In this document: positions 12,505 to 24,960 of the stretch, piece by piece | How the letters are laid out: each line of letters starts with the position of its first letter | How positions within the stretch are numbered: position 1 is the stretch's first letter | NCBI GenBank assembly: GCA_010093815.1 | Contig: ML996567.1 | Direction: 5' to 3' (one strand) | DNA length: 64,000 bases | From: Pseudovirgaria hyperparasitica | Lineage: Eukaryota | Translations under genes and position numbers: made by a program | Notes under the pieces: model-generated | Database searches by the model: none | What the model was told of the DNA's origin: nothing | The model's input: the letters and a program-made list of their open reading frames with translations, nothing else

Positions 12505-12687
12505 ATGTGTTCTCAAACAAGATATCATTATAGTCCCCAACGGACAAACCGCAAGACCTCTAGGGTGTACAGCACATGTACGAAATGGCTCTGCTGCTTT
12601 TGTAACACGGAGAACTGCACCTCGTCAATCTGGTGCGGCAAGTGCTGGCACTATACTGTGAACTGCATAGACTGCTTCTCGTACTGA
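12505..12687 (+). CDS. Small Cys-rich putative double zinc-ribbon microprotein 1 (60 aa)
   Basis: CACC-ATG context after about 525 nt of ATG-free pyrimidine-rich leader. MCSQTRYHYSPQRTNRKTSRVYSTCTKWLCCFCNTENCTSSIWCGKCWHYTVNCIDCFSY; the motif is shared with two downstream ORFs. Confidence 0.7.
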   Translation: MCSQTRYHYSPQRTNRKTSRVYSTCTKWLCCFCNTENCTSSIWCGKCWHYTVNCIDCFSY

Positions 12688-12993
12688 GCGACGCTGGATG
12701 TCGGCTCTTTACGAGGCTATGGAGCTCTTGACCGCGTGGAAAACGTCTTTTCACAAAGGCGGAGTATAGAGTATTAAAGGAGGCCTCGACCATACGTTCT
12801 ACTTCTTCCTTTCTCAATCCATACTGAGATTTATATACATACACCTTCAAAGCGCGATACCATCCGAACGAGACTTTCGGTGTACGAATCAGCGAAAGAC
12901 ACGCCCCAAAGACACACAACTTCTATACCACACGACTACGCTACTCTTACTTCGCACTCGACACTAGCATTGCGAAGACTGAACCCGGACGCG

Positions 12994-13128
12994 ATGCCCG
13001 TAGGTTCCACGGGATGGGTTTGTTGTCGGTGTGGAGCAGACAACCCCTGTTCTACACTGTGGTGTCATGGTCGGGGCAAGACTTGTCAACACTACACTGT
13101 GAATTGTGTTGGCTGCTTCTCCTACTGA
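12994..13128 (+). CDS. Small Cys-rich putative double zinc-ribbon microprotein 2 (44 aa)
   Basis: MPVGSTGWVCCRCGADNPCSTLWCHGRGKTCQHYTVNCVGCFSY. C-terminal HYTVNCxxCFSY* matches ORF1 with several synonymous differences. The frame is open upstream to 12778 but has no earlier ATG. Confidence 0.7.
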   Translation: MPVGSTGWVCCRCGADNPCSTLWCHGRGKTCQHYTVNCVGCFSY

Positions 13129-13629
13129 TGTTCTCCTGGAACCAGTCCCGGGCAGCGCGCGGGTACGGTGAAGGCTGGTCTCGTCGTAAGAATGGGCACC
13201 CGGAGCAGGTTCCAGCACGTGGTGCGACTGGTACGGAAACCACAACAATGCAAGCGGACATTGGGAGGAACTGTAATGATCTTTTTGTACATTTTAAGGG
13301 AGGTTTTTTGTTTATTCTAGATACCCCCCCCCCAAAGTCTCTTGTCTATCAGCAGAAAGAACAACATAATATTACAACAATAGCATCTTTGCAGAATAGT
13401 GATTCGGTGGTTCGCACTTTCCTAGGACTGAGCTGATTGATCTCTATACGCCTCCAGTTGACGGGTGGACCCCTCATCTTCTCTACTCGTCTTCCACGCA
13501 ATAATTCAGGTCAATCTTTTTTTGGCCTTCCTCTTGTCTTCGGGCTACCGAAGCCTCGCCAACATCCTCTGCGCACAATCATCTATATCCAAATATACTT
13601 ACCTCAGTCACTACACTTTTCACTCCAAA

Positions 13630-13851
13630 ATGACTACCATTCCTCAACTTCACCGGTCTGACGCTGCAAACAACATCCGCAACGCCCGCCCCGACATCGT
13701 CCCAGCGCGCAACCTAGCAGGCAGAGCGGTCAGTTCCCGGGACGGATTCTTCTGCTGTGAATGCGGGGTGCGATTCAGCCTGAGCACGGATTTCTGCTCT
13801 GGGTGCGAGCATTACGTTCGGACTTGTGTGTGGTGTTCGACTTCGAGATGA
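13630..13851 (+). CDS. Small Cys-rich putative double zinc-ribbon microprotein 3 (73 aa)
   Basis: CAAA-ATG context. MTTIPQLHRSDAANNIRNARPDIVPARNLAGRAVSSRDGFFCCECGVRFSLSTDFCSGCEHYVRTCVWCSTSR; same Cys/His spacing as ORF1. Confidence 0.7.
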   Translation: MTTIPQLHRSDAANNIRNARPDIVPARNLAGRAVSSRDGFFCCECGVRFSLSTDFCSGCEHYVRTCVWCSTSR

Positions 13852-14518
13852 AAAGGGACGTCGTAAGTTATGGGAATGGTTGGGGGGGGGGGTTATGTTG
13901 GATTTGGTCGTGCGTTTGTTTGATGGCTGATGTTTGTTTCATAGAAGGCTTGATGGGATTTTTGGGGTTTGACCTGTGGGATGATGTGGGGATGTATGCA
14001 CTTTGTTTCTGCGGTTCGGATGCAGGATGGTTTGGATGTGTGGCTAGGGTTGATGATCAAGTGCTATAGGAAAGAGTGCTGAGGCGGTGTATCTTGCACA
14101 TCAATTAAATGGCATTTGACGTCTGGCTTCAGCGCTCGTAGATCGATTGATACTGAGGGTTTTGGATTCTGAGTTACGGTTTCTGATCTCGTGCTTGTCA
14201 CAGTAGACTTTGAGGAGCTGTATGAAGAACACAAAACTGTATAGCACGTTTGTCAGATGCATGCAGGGTACCTGTGGATCTGCTCATCGAGTTTCAGAAC
14301 AAGATGACGCAGATCTGTAGAATCCCTGACGATCATAAACACGATTCTGTTTTGGGTTAGCCTAGTAGATCGTACTAAGAAGCTTGCCTAGGTAAGCTAA
14401 GCCGCGGGAGTCCAAGCTTCTTCGGCTCTCCTTGACTTTGCATCATCGCCATGTGAGAGAGCTCCGTCGCAACACCAGACCACTCTCACCACTCACTTAC
14501 CATCACCACCTCACAACC

Positions 14519-15937
14519 ATGGAGGACGACTACGAAGACACGCGTAGCGTCCTGCACCTCGCAATGGTTCGTCCACTCCTTCCCCCACTCCCTCCGCCGT
14601 TCCCCAACTAACTCCAACCCCAGGACACCGTCCTCCAGCCCGCCCGCAGCACACTCACAACCCTAACCTCCAAAACCGCCCGCCGAGCCTACCTCACCAC
14701 ACTCCTCATCTTCCTGACCTCGCTCCTCCTGCTCGGCACCGCCGTCGTCGCCTACATCACCTTCTACTACGCCTACGTGCCCCTGCGCGGCTTCTCCACC
14801 CCGATCCACCTCCAATTCGACCCGCTGGCCCAGACCCACCCGCATGCCACCGCCCCGCTCGGCGACGTCCTCGTCGCGCACCAGAAGTACGACGTCAGGC
14901 TCAATCTGCGCATGCCGCGCACGCCTGCCAATCTGCGCGCGGGCAACTTCATGCTCGATGTGCGGTTGCTTGCGCCGGGACTGGCCGGGCCGTTGGATAC
15001 GGTTGTGCGGGCTGCGGCGGCGGCGGTGGCGGGCGACGAGGGCCCGGATGATGTGGTTGTGCGGAGTAGTCGGGCGGCGATTCTGGAGTATCGTAGTTGG
15101 GCGATGGAGGTGCGGGAGAGGGTGGTGTGGGGCTTGTGGTATGTGGCTGGGTGGAGGAGGGAGGAGGAGGAGGTGAGTGTGCGGATGCTGGAGGATGTGG
15201 TGTTTGAGAAGGGCGTGAGGGGCTTGCCGAGATGGGTGCGGGTGGATGTTCGGGGGAGGGAGGTGCTGCAGGTTTATGAGTGTGAGATTGTGTTTCGGGC
15301 GCGGCTGTCTGGGTTGAGGTATGTGGTGCTTTACTCCTGCGCTGACTGATTTTGGTTTTAACTGCTTACGCGGACTAGGTACATCATGTACAACCACCGC
15401 ATCATCTCCTTCATCACCTTCACCTCCCTCTTCTACGCCATCGAACTCACCTCCCTCCTCATCTCATGGGCCCTCCTCTCCCTCCTCTTCCCCTCCTCAT
15501 CCAAGCCAAAACCACCCCCAAAATCCCCAAAGCGCGAAATCAAACCCGACGACGACGACCCAGCCATCAAACTCGAACACGACCACGACCACGACCACGA
15601 CTCAGACTCCGCCGAATCCACCACCCTCTCAACTACATCCCGCTCCTTCCCCACCTACACACGCCAACCACCACTACACTACTCCTCCCCGCCGCCCATC
15701 AAGAAAGAAGAAGACCCCGAAGATTCATCCGGAGATCTCAGCGCTCTGCCCCTTGCTGCCGGCGAAGCAGCCGATGATGAGGATGACGACGACGAGGCGG
15801 ATGATTTCGTGCTGGACGAGGATGAGAATCTGAGGCGGATAGCGGCGGATTCGGGGCTGGGGACGAGTCTGGAGAGTTCGGGTGGTGGTGGTGGTGGGGT
15901 TAGGCGGCGGAGGAGTGGTGGTGGGCTAGGGAGGTGA
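14519..15937 (+). CDS. SEI1: Seipin (lipid-droplet biogenesis protein)
   Basis: Exons 14519-14566, 14624-15318, 15380-15937. Two TM segments (RAYLTTLLIFL...AYITFYYAYVP; MYNHRIISFITFTSLFY) flank a luminal domain with QKYDVRLNLRMPRTPANLRAGNFML and LQVYECEIVFRARLSGLRYIMY. Acidic tail with DSGLGTSLES. Confidence 0.85.
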
Positions 15938-16499
15938 AGGCTGAGCATATTGGTCAAATCGAAAAGCTTTTCTATTTTGCTTTGAATGAAAGGGCAGACG
16001 CAGAACGAGTGATGACATATCCATATATCCATACAGACATACATATTACCCATAGACCCATGCAAGACACACACGGCCATGCACGGAAGACACGGGGAGG
16101 GCAAAGTAAAGAATAAAAGTCTCACAATTTCAAAAGGTATCAATTACCACACTTCCAAGCAAAGCATGCAAAGATAGCAATTATATACATAAAGCATCCA
16201 GCGCACGACGTCTGTTATTAACGGGAATCCAAAGAAGAAAAGAAAAGAAGCCAAGAAAAACGCCCGCTCTCTTTCTTCCCCAATGAGGTAGGTATCTTCG
16301 GTGAAATGAAAACAAAACTAAAAACGGACAAAGGCGAAGACAGTGGCTGTGTCTCTCCCTCTATCCTGACAATAATGGACCGCAGCATGCAGCATGCATG
16401 CAAAACAACCAACCAACCAATCCCAACACCAAGCATCAAGTCAAAAAAAGTCATCACATCATACCAATCACCAACCCCCAACACCCTACTCATCCCCCC

Positions 16500-18954
16500 C
16501 TACTCATCCCCCTCCCCCTCCCCACCACCCTCCAAACCATCCCCCCCCACCCCCTCCAGCAAATCCTGCTCCTCCAACTCCGCACTAACCTGCTCCGCAA
16601 TAAACGACTCATGATCCTCCAGACTCTTCTGCACATGGACTTTAAACCGAATAACATCATTAAGCATGCGCTCGATCTCGGTGTGGAGTTCCTCGCGCAG
16701 CGCAGCAGCGCGCAGGGTAAGCTGCTCGTAGGCAATGTTGGTGTTCATCTCGCGCTGCTCCATGAGCTGGAGGGATTCGCCGAGGCCGGCGCGCATCTTG
16801 GCGAGTTCCTTTTCCATGCGTTCGATTTGGGCGTCCGAGTTCATTTTTTGGACTTGGGTTATCTGGTTGGGTTGTTTGTTAGTTTGGGGGTTAGAGGGGG
16901 ATGGAAGGATTAGGGGGAGGTTGGGGGGGGGGGAAAGGGGATCAGGCATACCTCCTTGGTCTTTTCGAATTCCTCCTCTGCGGCGCGCACTTTGTGGCCC
17001 AGCGTTTCGACCTCGGCTTGTCGTTCGTCCATGGCCTCCTTCACCTTGTCGAGAATGTCGTGGTTCTCGATGTCGGCTTCCAGGGCTTGGTTGCGTCGCT
17101 CGCGGATCTCTTTCCGGAGCTGGGTGATGTTGTTGCGCACAGTTCCCTTGATGTCGAGGTTCAGGAGGTGGTGTGCCTGGTACCCGTTTCCTGAATCTGC
17201 CAGGAGACGATCAGACTCGGGAGCGCCTGGATTTGAGCTGCCCATTTGGGAGCCGCGGAAGTCTGGCCCTTCGTTGACGGTGAGGATGAGCTCATAGTCC
17301 TGTCCTTTGGCGTTTGCCGCTGTTGATGGGATGACGGCAATTTGATAGCCGAGAGCGTTGTACTTTTCAACTACAAGCTCGAGCTCATCCAGCTTGGTGC
17401 TGGCTTCCATTTCCTTCTCTGCAAGGCGTTTCTTAGACTCTTCAAGCCGGACGCTGAACGTCTCAACACCCTTTTGTAGTCGTTCACGCTCCGCGTTCAT
17501 CTTGTCGATATCAGCAATGGTCAACCCTTGCTTGTCGACCATGTCCTGCAGCGTCGATCTCTCCCGCTCCACCTCCTCGAGCTCTCGATCCGTCTTCTCG
17601 ATCTCGTCGCTGAGGAGCTGCACGCGCTGCTCGTGTCGCGCAACCTTGTCCTCCATCGTGTTGTTGTATTTCTCGAACTTGACGCGGTCCTCTTCCAGGA
17701 CTTTTATCTGTTCCTCGAGCTTGGCCATACGTGGGCCGTCCTTTGTGAGCTCGTCAATCTGGTCTTGTAACGCTTTATGCTCGGCTTCAAGCATCTTCAT
17801 CTGCTCCAGGTGATACTCGTTGGCCTGTTCGAATTTCGCAGCCATCTGTTCCACATGAGGCTGGACAAGTTTGTCCGCGTCATCTTCGTCATCGTCGTCC
17901 ATTTGTAACCAGGTCCGGTATGCGTCGCTCAGGAAGTCAAAGATAATTCGGTCACCACTAACGTCGAAGCCAGCTTCGGCGCAAGCGTGATCGAACGCAC
18001 CGGTCGCGTATTGCTGCATCATTTGCGCAAGTTGCATCATCCAGTGCAGCATTCCAAGAAAGGTGAACCAGTTATTGCCGCCCACCGCTGTGAGTGAGGA
18101 TTTCGAGATGTTCCGTGCGAAAGGGTACCTCATCTGCGTCAATAGTGGCGGAACTTCCGCATCAATATTCTTTTGAAACCTGTAACTGGGGTCTATTTGT
18201 CGGTACAGCCATTGGAACATCATGATAAAATCCTTTTGTGTCGGACTGGTCATGGCTTTTGGTGACAGTTGGTACTTCATATCCATTTCAAAGTTATTTT
18301 GCGTAAGGTACTCAGTCAATTGGTGGGCCATCTCGTGCCTTACGCTCGCGTCTCTCAATCTTCGTGGATCTTGGATAGTGACGGCCGAGCTTGCCGCCGT
18401 CTGTTGGAAGAAGCTCGTTCCTGTGCTGGCTTGTGCGCCCATTCCAGATGAAGACCGGGCTTTGAAAACACTACTTCTCCTTTGCGCACTTTGATCCATC
18501 GAATGTGCGGATGCCGGTGTTTGCGCAACCATATTCCCACCGGGCGCGAAGCTCTTTCTCCCGGGCGCGCTGCTAAACATGTTCGCAGTCGAAGTGCGCT
18601 GCACCGAATGCATACCCATATCTGCCAGATTATTCCCCGAAGACGAGCGATGAAAGACAGGTTGGCTCGGGCGCATTCCTGGAGCAAGCGACATGCGCGA
18701 CCCAGAGGTCGAGCGCCCGTGGGCTCCAGTAAATGGCGGCTGTTGGAGATTAGAATTGGAATTGGACCGTTTCATTGCGGATGCAGGCATTGGTATCGAC
18801 GAATTTGCGTTTTGAGAGACTGCACCAAGGGTCTAGATCCACTGTCAGTCAGGATTCGATAGTCGTGAGACCCGCTGGGAAGCTGCGCATCGCAACAACG
18901 CGTTGTTCGTACCTCTCGCGGGCGACGTGCAGAAAAAAGGCCGTCGAGGGCCAT
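16500..18954 (-). CDS. NDC80: Kinetochore protein Ndc80/Hec1
   Basis: Exons 18954-18913 ([14 protein letters not shown]), 18832-16952, 16862-16500. CH-domain region DPRRLRD...[43 protein letters not shown]...[12 protein letters not shown], then a long coiled coil. Confidence 0.93.
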
Positions 18955-19342
18955 TTCGATGGGAAGAGTAATACGTGGTACTTCAACAATTAGACGTAAG
19001 ATCTGCTGGCTAAGACGTGTCGGCGCAAAGAATATCTAGGTGTAAATAACGCACAGATCATGCTGCAGTGCTCAGAGTTGAGTATCATAACAAGCTCGGG
19101 AAAATACCGGCCAAAGATATGTTGCCCGGATACCGCACAGCAACACCAATCAGCGCCCGAGCTTGACACATTGAACAAGACGCTTCTTGTTACTTCTTCA
19201 CATGTACGTCAGTCTTCACCATATTCGATCAGAGAGTTCGTGAGTCCAAATTTGGAAGCTTGTATTAACTACATCGTCGAAAACTCAATTCTCATTGGCA
19301 TCACGTCCACGAACCACGCTGTACAGTCTGCATCGTTAATGT

Positions 19343-20631
19343 TCATGAACCTGGCGTTGTCTCAGTCACGGTTCCACTCTCTGCAGTGTCTTTCTTTTCA
19401 TCGTTCTTCTTTGCAGCAGCCATTTGCCAGGCAGGAATTGCTGCACGTCCATTCGTAAACCTTCCATAAGGGCTTTGTGGTTTATCCGATGCGGCTGCTG
19501 CTGCTGGAGCCCCCTCAGAGGACGCATTATTCACTCCGTTTGATGTTGTCGCTGCGGTGGCCGGTGCCACTGGAGCTGGACTTGGTGGAATACCTGTAGA
19601 TGATCCACTAATGCCTGGGATCCCTGGTTGATTGTGTGTAGTCGTTGCAACGGGTCGTGGAGTGGTGGCCGGAGCAGTTCCCGCACTCATTCGGTTTGCG
19701 ACAAGTGTCTTGAGACTCTTCAACTCATTCCCGAGATCTTTCAGCTGTGCGCTTGTAGTCTCTTTGTGAGATTCTAGAGCCTTTGGTATAAGGTTGCGCA
19801 ATCCGCGAACATCATCCTCTATGCGCCGACTGTCTTCGTCTCGTTTTCTCGACGAATCTTTGAGCGATGTAATTACGCCCTCCATATCTGCCAAAGCAGT
19901 ATCCAGTCGCTGCGTTCTAGCTTCTTCCGAAGCTTTGAGAGCGGTGGTGTCGGTGTTCAGCTGGTCGAGGAGGGCGAATGCGCGGTTGAATGCTTCATCT
20001 ACTGATGCCTTATCCTGTTCCAATTGCGGAGGTGTAGGAGGCGCGATGAGTGGATAGATGTAGCGCTTTCAATGGTCAGTCTTGTAAACATGTTGTTCGA
20101 GTTTGAGTATCAGGTACCTTGGCGGTGAAGTATAGCCCGTAACTCACACCACTGAGAACGGTAGCCATTATGAACCAATCTCGCCAATCTCTTCTTGGAG
20201 CTCTATAACACATCATCGTCAGTATTTCGACAGGAGGATATGTCATGCGATCGTACATACTCTTGTGGTGGTTGTGGCCAGTAGCCCGCTGGTCCATATC
20301 CGGGTGGAGGAGGCGGCCGATATGCATAGTTTGCACCTTGTGCTTGCGTTACCGGGGCTGCATAGGAGCCATCGCCGGCGCGAGCTAGGGAGATGTCGAC
20401 CTCTTCTTGGGTGAGGTTCTTGGACTGGAGAAAAGCTATCCGTTTGTCGAGCGGGGAATTTGCGACGGATGGATCTTGGAGGACTATAAAGAGAGCATTA
20501 GCATGCGCTCATACGAGCGATATGGCATATCTAACGCACAGGAGACCTGTGATCATGTTAGTGGCGCCGCACGTAGCTATGCGAAACGACTATCGACTTA
20601 CAGCAGAGTTGACCAGGTCTTCTCGAATCAT
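19343..20631 (-). CDS. PEX14: Peroxisomal membrane docking protein Pex14
   Basis: Exons 20631-20602, 20546-20540, 20483-20261, 20202-20118, 20065-19343 give MIREDLVNSAVSFLQDPSVANSPLDKRIAFLQSKNLTQEEVD (Pex14_N), RDWRDWFIMATV, PPTPPQLEQDK, ELKSLKTLVANRM, AAIPAWQMAA. Confidence 0.93.
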
Positions 20632-20913
20632 GATGAGCAGTGAATGCACGGCTATAGGCGCCTGCGAACCTGAACTTAGTCCGAGACGACGATGGAACAC
20701 CGACTTGGAAGCGATGTGAAATGGGCTCAAGAGTTGAAGAAAGCGTTCTTTTGGGGGTGGCTGGCGATCACATTATCGGCCGCGACTCTATCCCCCAGCG
20801 TCACGATGCCGAGGTCTCGGCCACTAACGCTGCGTCGGAGCACGCTAAGTAGCACAGTCAGCTCTGACAAAGGCTAGCTCTCGAGTTGCTGCCTTAGTAA
20901 CATTTCTTGATTT

Positions 20914-21960
20914 TGGCAGTTGTCTTATGCTGCCCCTTTTAAAAGCTGATATCCTGTAGACTCAGCAGAGCCATTTTAGTGTATTTATTCTACCTTGAAT
21001 CTTCCCTAACTTCGTCGGAACGCTTCGATGATCCGTCCATATCGGTGCCTGCTTTATGTCTAGCATGACTGAGGTTCGCGCATGAATCAGTCAAGACTGA
21101 GTTCTCACTTCCGAATATAGGGTCCAAAATATTCAGATTACCATACAGGGTTTTGCCTGGAAAGTATGGGATACTTGTGGCCAGGGACTCTATTCTTTTT
21201 CATCTTTACTCTCGCCATGTCCACTTATTTGTTCAAGTCATTTTCCCACTAGGGCCCATAAGGCTGGCTAACAGAGTGATCTGACACGCCCGGCCTAGCT
21301 TATCCTCTTCTGAGATTCTCATTCCTGTTTTTATAGAAGGACCCTCTCGTAGTACTAAATTGCTTCGTTTGTCTCCCGTTTCTTTCTGATGTCGACTCTG
21401 GTGCGACAGGCCATGTGCCACTTATTCTCACTGCTTATGTATATGGCATATCGTCCCACGAGTGTTATTCGAGATGTCCTGGAACAACCACCAGGTCTCT
21501 TATCATGTTGCCTTAGGCCAGTACTTTTACTTCATATCTCAGTTATATTTGTGCCAATAGTCAAAGCCCGGGCCCAACATACCCAACATAGACTGCCCCT
21601 ATTTAGACGTCTCTTTGATATAACAGCGATCTTGCACAAAGTCATCTTGGTCTCTTTCCCTCTATCAATGTCTTGTCATGAAGAATGTAGCCCAGATTTT
21701 GCTTCATATCTTTTTCTGCTTCTTGTGTTCTTTTTCGTCGACTATGTACAGGTTGTCATCTCGTAAAAGGCCTTTGATGGTGTGCTTAAAGGGGGTATCA
21801 GGCGTAGAGTCTCGTCTCTCAAAGGGGAGTGAAGCTAGGAAGCTATCTATCTCCATATCAGACTACGTATCAAACTACTAAAAAGGGAGGTTCAACTCCG
21901 AACGTCATTCTCTAGGGACTTACTTTGCAGAGCTATAGGCACATTCCAATAGGGTTCGAG
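20914..21960 (-). pseudogene. Probable RIP-like degraded gene of unknown family
   Basis: One minus-strand frame reads protein-like for about 300 codons (DMEIDSFLASLPFERRDSTPDTPFKHTIKGLLRDDNLYIVDEKEHKKQKKI*SKIWATFF...) but has many stops. It is preceded by an intron-like GTAAGT...TTTTTAG at 21923-21878. Family not recognised; stop density is close to random expectation. Confidence 0.3.
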
Positions 21961-22577
21961 CATCAAGACTCTTTTCGTAGCACCCGGGCAGTAGTAAGTA
22001 CAAGTTCGGTGTCCCCGAATTGCAGAGACTGGAAAACAGGCTCTTCACAGCTTGTCTGTAGACTCACTGTTATTCAGTCGTACACGCTGCAAGCGAGCAT
22101 CCTCTAGCCGAGTATTATGAGTCTGATGTGAAGCCTATGCTCATGATAAAGGTGAAACCCACGAGGCTCAATCAGCCTCAGTGATGATACTGGACTGATA
22201 TTGGGACTTGTTATAACCCGTGATCACTCTATGGACTTCCTATATTGCTTTGCCATCAGTTCGACGTTATGAGTTTGACTGGGGTCCATATGAAAATCAT
22301 TTACAGGCTTTGACTGACGGAATCTATCTTACATTATCAAGACCTAGTCCTAATGCCATGCCAAGGCCTCTCGTTTGATGCTGAGGCGGATGAATGTCAT
22401 CTATATTGGGCCTCAGAGAACCTGTCAGTTGCGAGTTGGGGATCTCCTAAGTTCAAGAGCGAGTATGAAGTTTTACATTGGGCTCACTCTGAGCTAGTGT
22501 TGGTAAACATTCACTTGAGAGAGTTACGTAGCCGAAGCCCGTGCCCTCGGTTCCAGGGACGCACCGTATTTCGTCAA

Positions 22578-22585
22578 TATATAAA
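22578..22585 (+). promoter_or_regulatory. TATA box (TATATAAA) upstream of orphan gene
   Basis: Consensus TATA followed by a C/T-rich stretch, a probable 5'UTR intron (22710-22896, GTACGT...CTAAC...TAG) and the ATG at 22932. Confidence 0.55.
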
Positions 22586-22931
22586 CACCGTTGACCCTCT
22601 TACTTCTGAACACCAAGCTCCATAGATATTCCCAACGCTAGAAGCAAATCCACCATTTCCTCCACCGAGACAGAGCAGAGATAGACTGCCCAAGACATCA
22701 AACACAAAGGTACGTACACTCATCATATCAGATCTGGCAGCTGGCTTTGTCCTTCACACAGTTCAGACAGGCTACAGAGCCCACTACCACACTACGATCC
22801 TTTGCAAAAGCAGATCTTGCTGTAGCAAAGAAGAGGAGCTCTGGATAGCCATCTGCCACAATCAAAGTGTCTCAACTAACTGTACCTCGCGTTTAGCCTA
22901 TCCACAAGCACAAACATCGCATCTCCTCAAC

Positions 22932-24573
22932 ATGACCACCCCAACCGATGCACTGGCTGTCCTGCTTCAGTACACCAACGCAGAGAGGATCTTCGTCAGC
23001 GGATCACAAGCACCATTGGTGAACATGGATCGACTCCGAGCCCCTGACTACTACTTCGTGGGCCGGTACCTTTATGATGGCACGGGCAAGCCCATGGAGG
23101 CGTTTCCTGCCGGTGGTGGAGTCGTATCACTGAGATACATCCAGGCTGACCGAACAAAATCCATCCCACCATGGATCGTCAGGAACGCGCCGTCAATCCC
23201 AGGTACATTTAGTGCGCAGATGCGTGTCGTAGACATCGTGGGCCGCAACTGTCTGCGTCAAGATGCCATCGACATGCCCACACAAGCAAACGCGATGAAA
23301 TCGCCCATGGGACCCCTGGAGCATCATGGCTTGCAAGAGGGAGATCCGATCACGTTCAGGGCCCTTTACATGCAGCATGGCAGAGGCAATTTCCCCAGAG
23401 TCGAATATAGGGACAAGTTCGGCGGCCGTTTTTGGATCCCTAGTAGGTTGCCCCCGATATATCTACGCCCATGCAAAAGGTCGAGCTGTACTGACTGCGG
23501 GAACAGAATGGGTCAACTTGCTCCTGGAAGAAAGAGCCATGAGCGCGGACGTCCTCCGCAACCTCTCCAGATCGACTCGTCCAGCGCATATCCCCGTGAC
23601 GAATACCATCAAGCCCACCCCTCCAGTCGACACCTCCCGTCCCAGCTTCCCCACGCCATTCAAGCACCACCGCAACCAAAGCCAGCCACGCGTCGGCCAC
23701 CACGCCCTCCTCCCAACCCGGCCCTCGACGCCAGCGGGCCCCTCCGGACAGACTCCCCAGCAGCACCAGCAACAGCAGGGCCCAATCATGGCCCCAATCT
23801 ACGTCGCCGCCCGCATGATGGTCAGCAAAAACTTCCGCGGATGCCGCTACGAGGACGTCCTCCTCGTCAAGACCCCCGACGGCCGCCGCGTCCTGGAAGT
23901 AAAGCCTCTGCCCGACAACTGGGCCTCCGACCCGCGCAACCCCTTCTGCGTGCCCGCTGCTCCCACCCCCCGCGGCCCCGATCTTGCCGTGCCTGGCTCC
24001 GCTGCCGCTGCACCCGCTGCCCGCGCCTCCTCCGGCCCTCCATCCGTCATCTCCAGCGCAAACGCGGACCTCTCCCGCTACACCCACCACATCCACACCA
24101 ACCCCACCCCTACCATACCCTCTGACCCCAGCTCCTCCTTCACCAGCTCCCACCCGGCCGCCCTCCTCGCGCGCTCCCCAACGCCGCACACACTCGTCGC
24201 CCCAGCAGTAGAAGCATGGCGCGGCACAGGCCCCTTCGAGCACATGGCCCCCGACACAGGTGATTTCCCCGCCGGACTGCGCTACTGGGTATGTAATGGA
24301 CCGGACGGCAAGGTGTACTTGCTCCCACTGGGGATGCGAGACCAGTGGCAGCGGGAGATGCCGGTGGATGCGGCGCGCACGCTGCCGTTGGAGGTGGCGT
24401 GGCCGGCTGGGGTGCCGGTGCCGGAGGTGGAGAGGCGGCCGGCGAGTGTGACGCAGAGTGAGGTGTTGCTTGTGGAGGAGGAGGAGGAGGAGGAGGGAGG
24501 AGGAGGGGAGATCAGGGGGTTGGGGCATAGGCGGATTATGAGTCGGAGTGAGTCGGATTTGAGGCTGATGTAG
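22932..24573 (+). CDS. Hypothetical protein (about 525 aa), no recognised family
   Basis: Two overlapping ORFs are joined by a canonical 64-nt intron 23443-23506 (GTAGGT...CTGAC...CAG), giving ...GRFWIPKWVNLLLEE... CAAC-ATG context. Confidence 0.7.
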
Positions 24574-24960
24574 GGGGAGATTGGGGGGTTTACTGGGTGT
24601 TTGGTGGGTGGGTGTTTGTATTAAGTAGATAGAATAACATGGTTTCGCTTGTATCGCTGTGGTTGTGCTGTGGTGTGAGTGCGTGATGGTGGAGGATGTA
24701 CTTGATCAGGACACTGTTTCTATGTATACCCAGTAGAGCAAACTGATGTTCTACGTAGAATACACCGTCGTGAAAGTTGTAGTAATATCATAAGCCTAGG
24801 TTCCACTACTAACATGATAGCCTATGGAAGAGTACGATTGTAGGCAAATAGAAGCCAGGTCAGAATGGATGCATACTCTTTGTAGAGCATTCAGGGACAC
24901 ACGAACGATTAAGTAAGATATGGTAGTGGATACAGCACTACCCATAATGACTTATGCCGG

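Noticed and set aside
12505..13851. All three Cys-rich ORFs lie in the same reading frame, suggesting readthrough into one polyprotein
   Set aside because: An additional in-frame stop (TAA 12775-12777) intervenes and no convincing joining introns were seen; frame identity has a 1-in-9 chance probability.
21889..21899. GGTTCAACTCC resembling a tRNA B-box
   Set aside because: No T-stem or cloverleaf can be formed around it.
23326..24125. Long overlap of two ORFs suggesting a programmed frameshift
   Set aside because: Explained by the canonical 64-nt intron 23443-23506.
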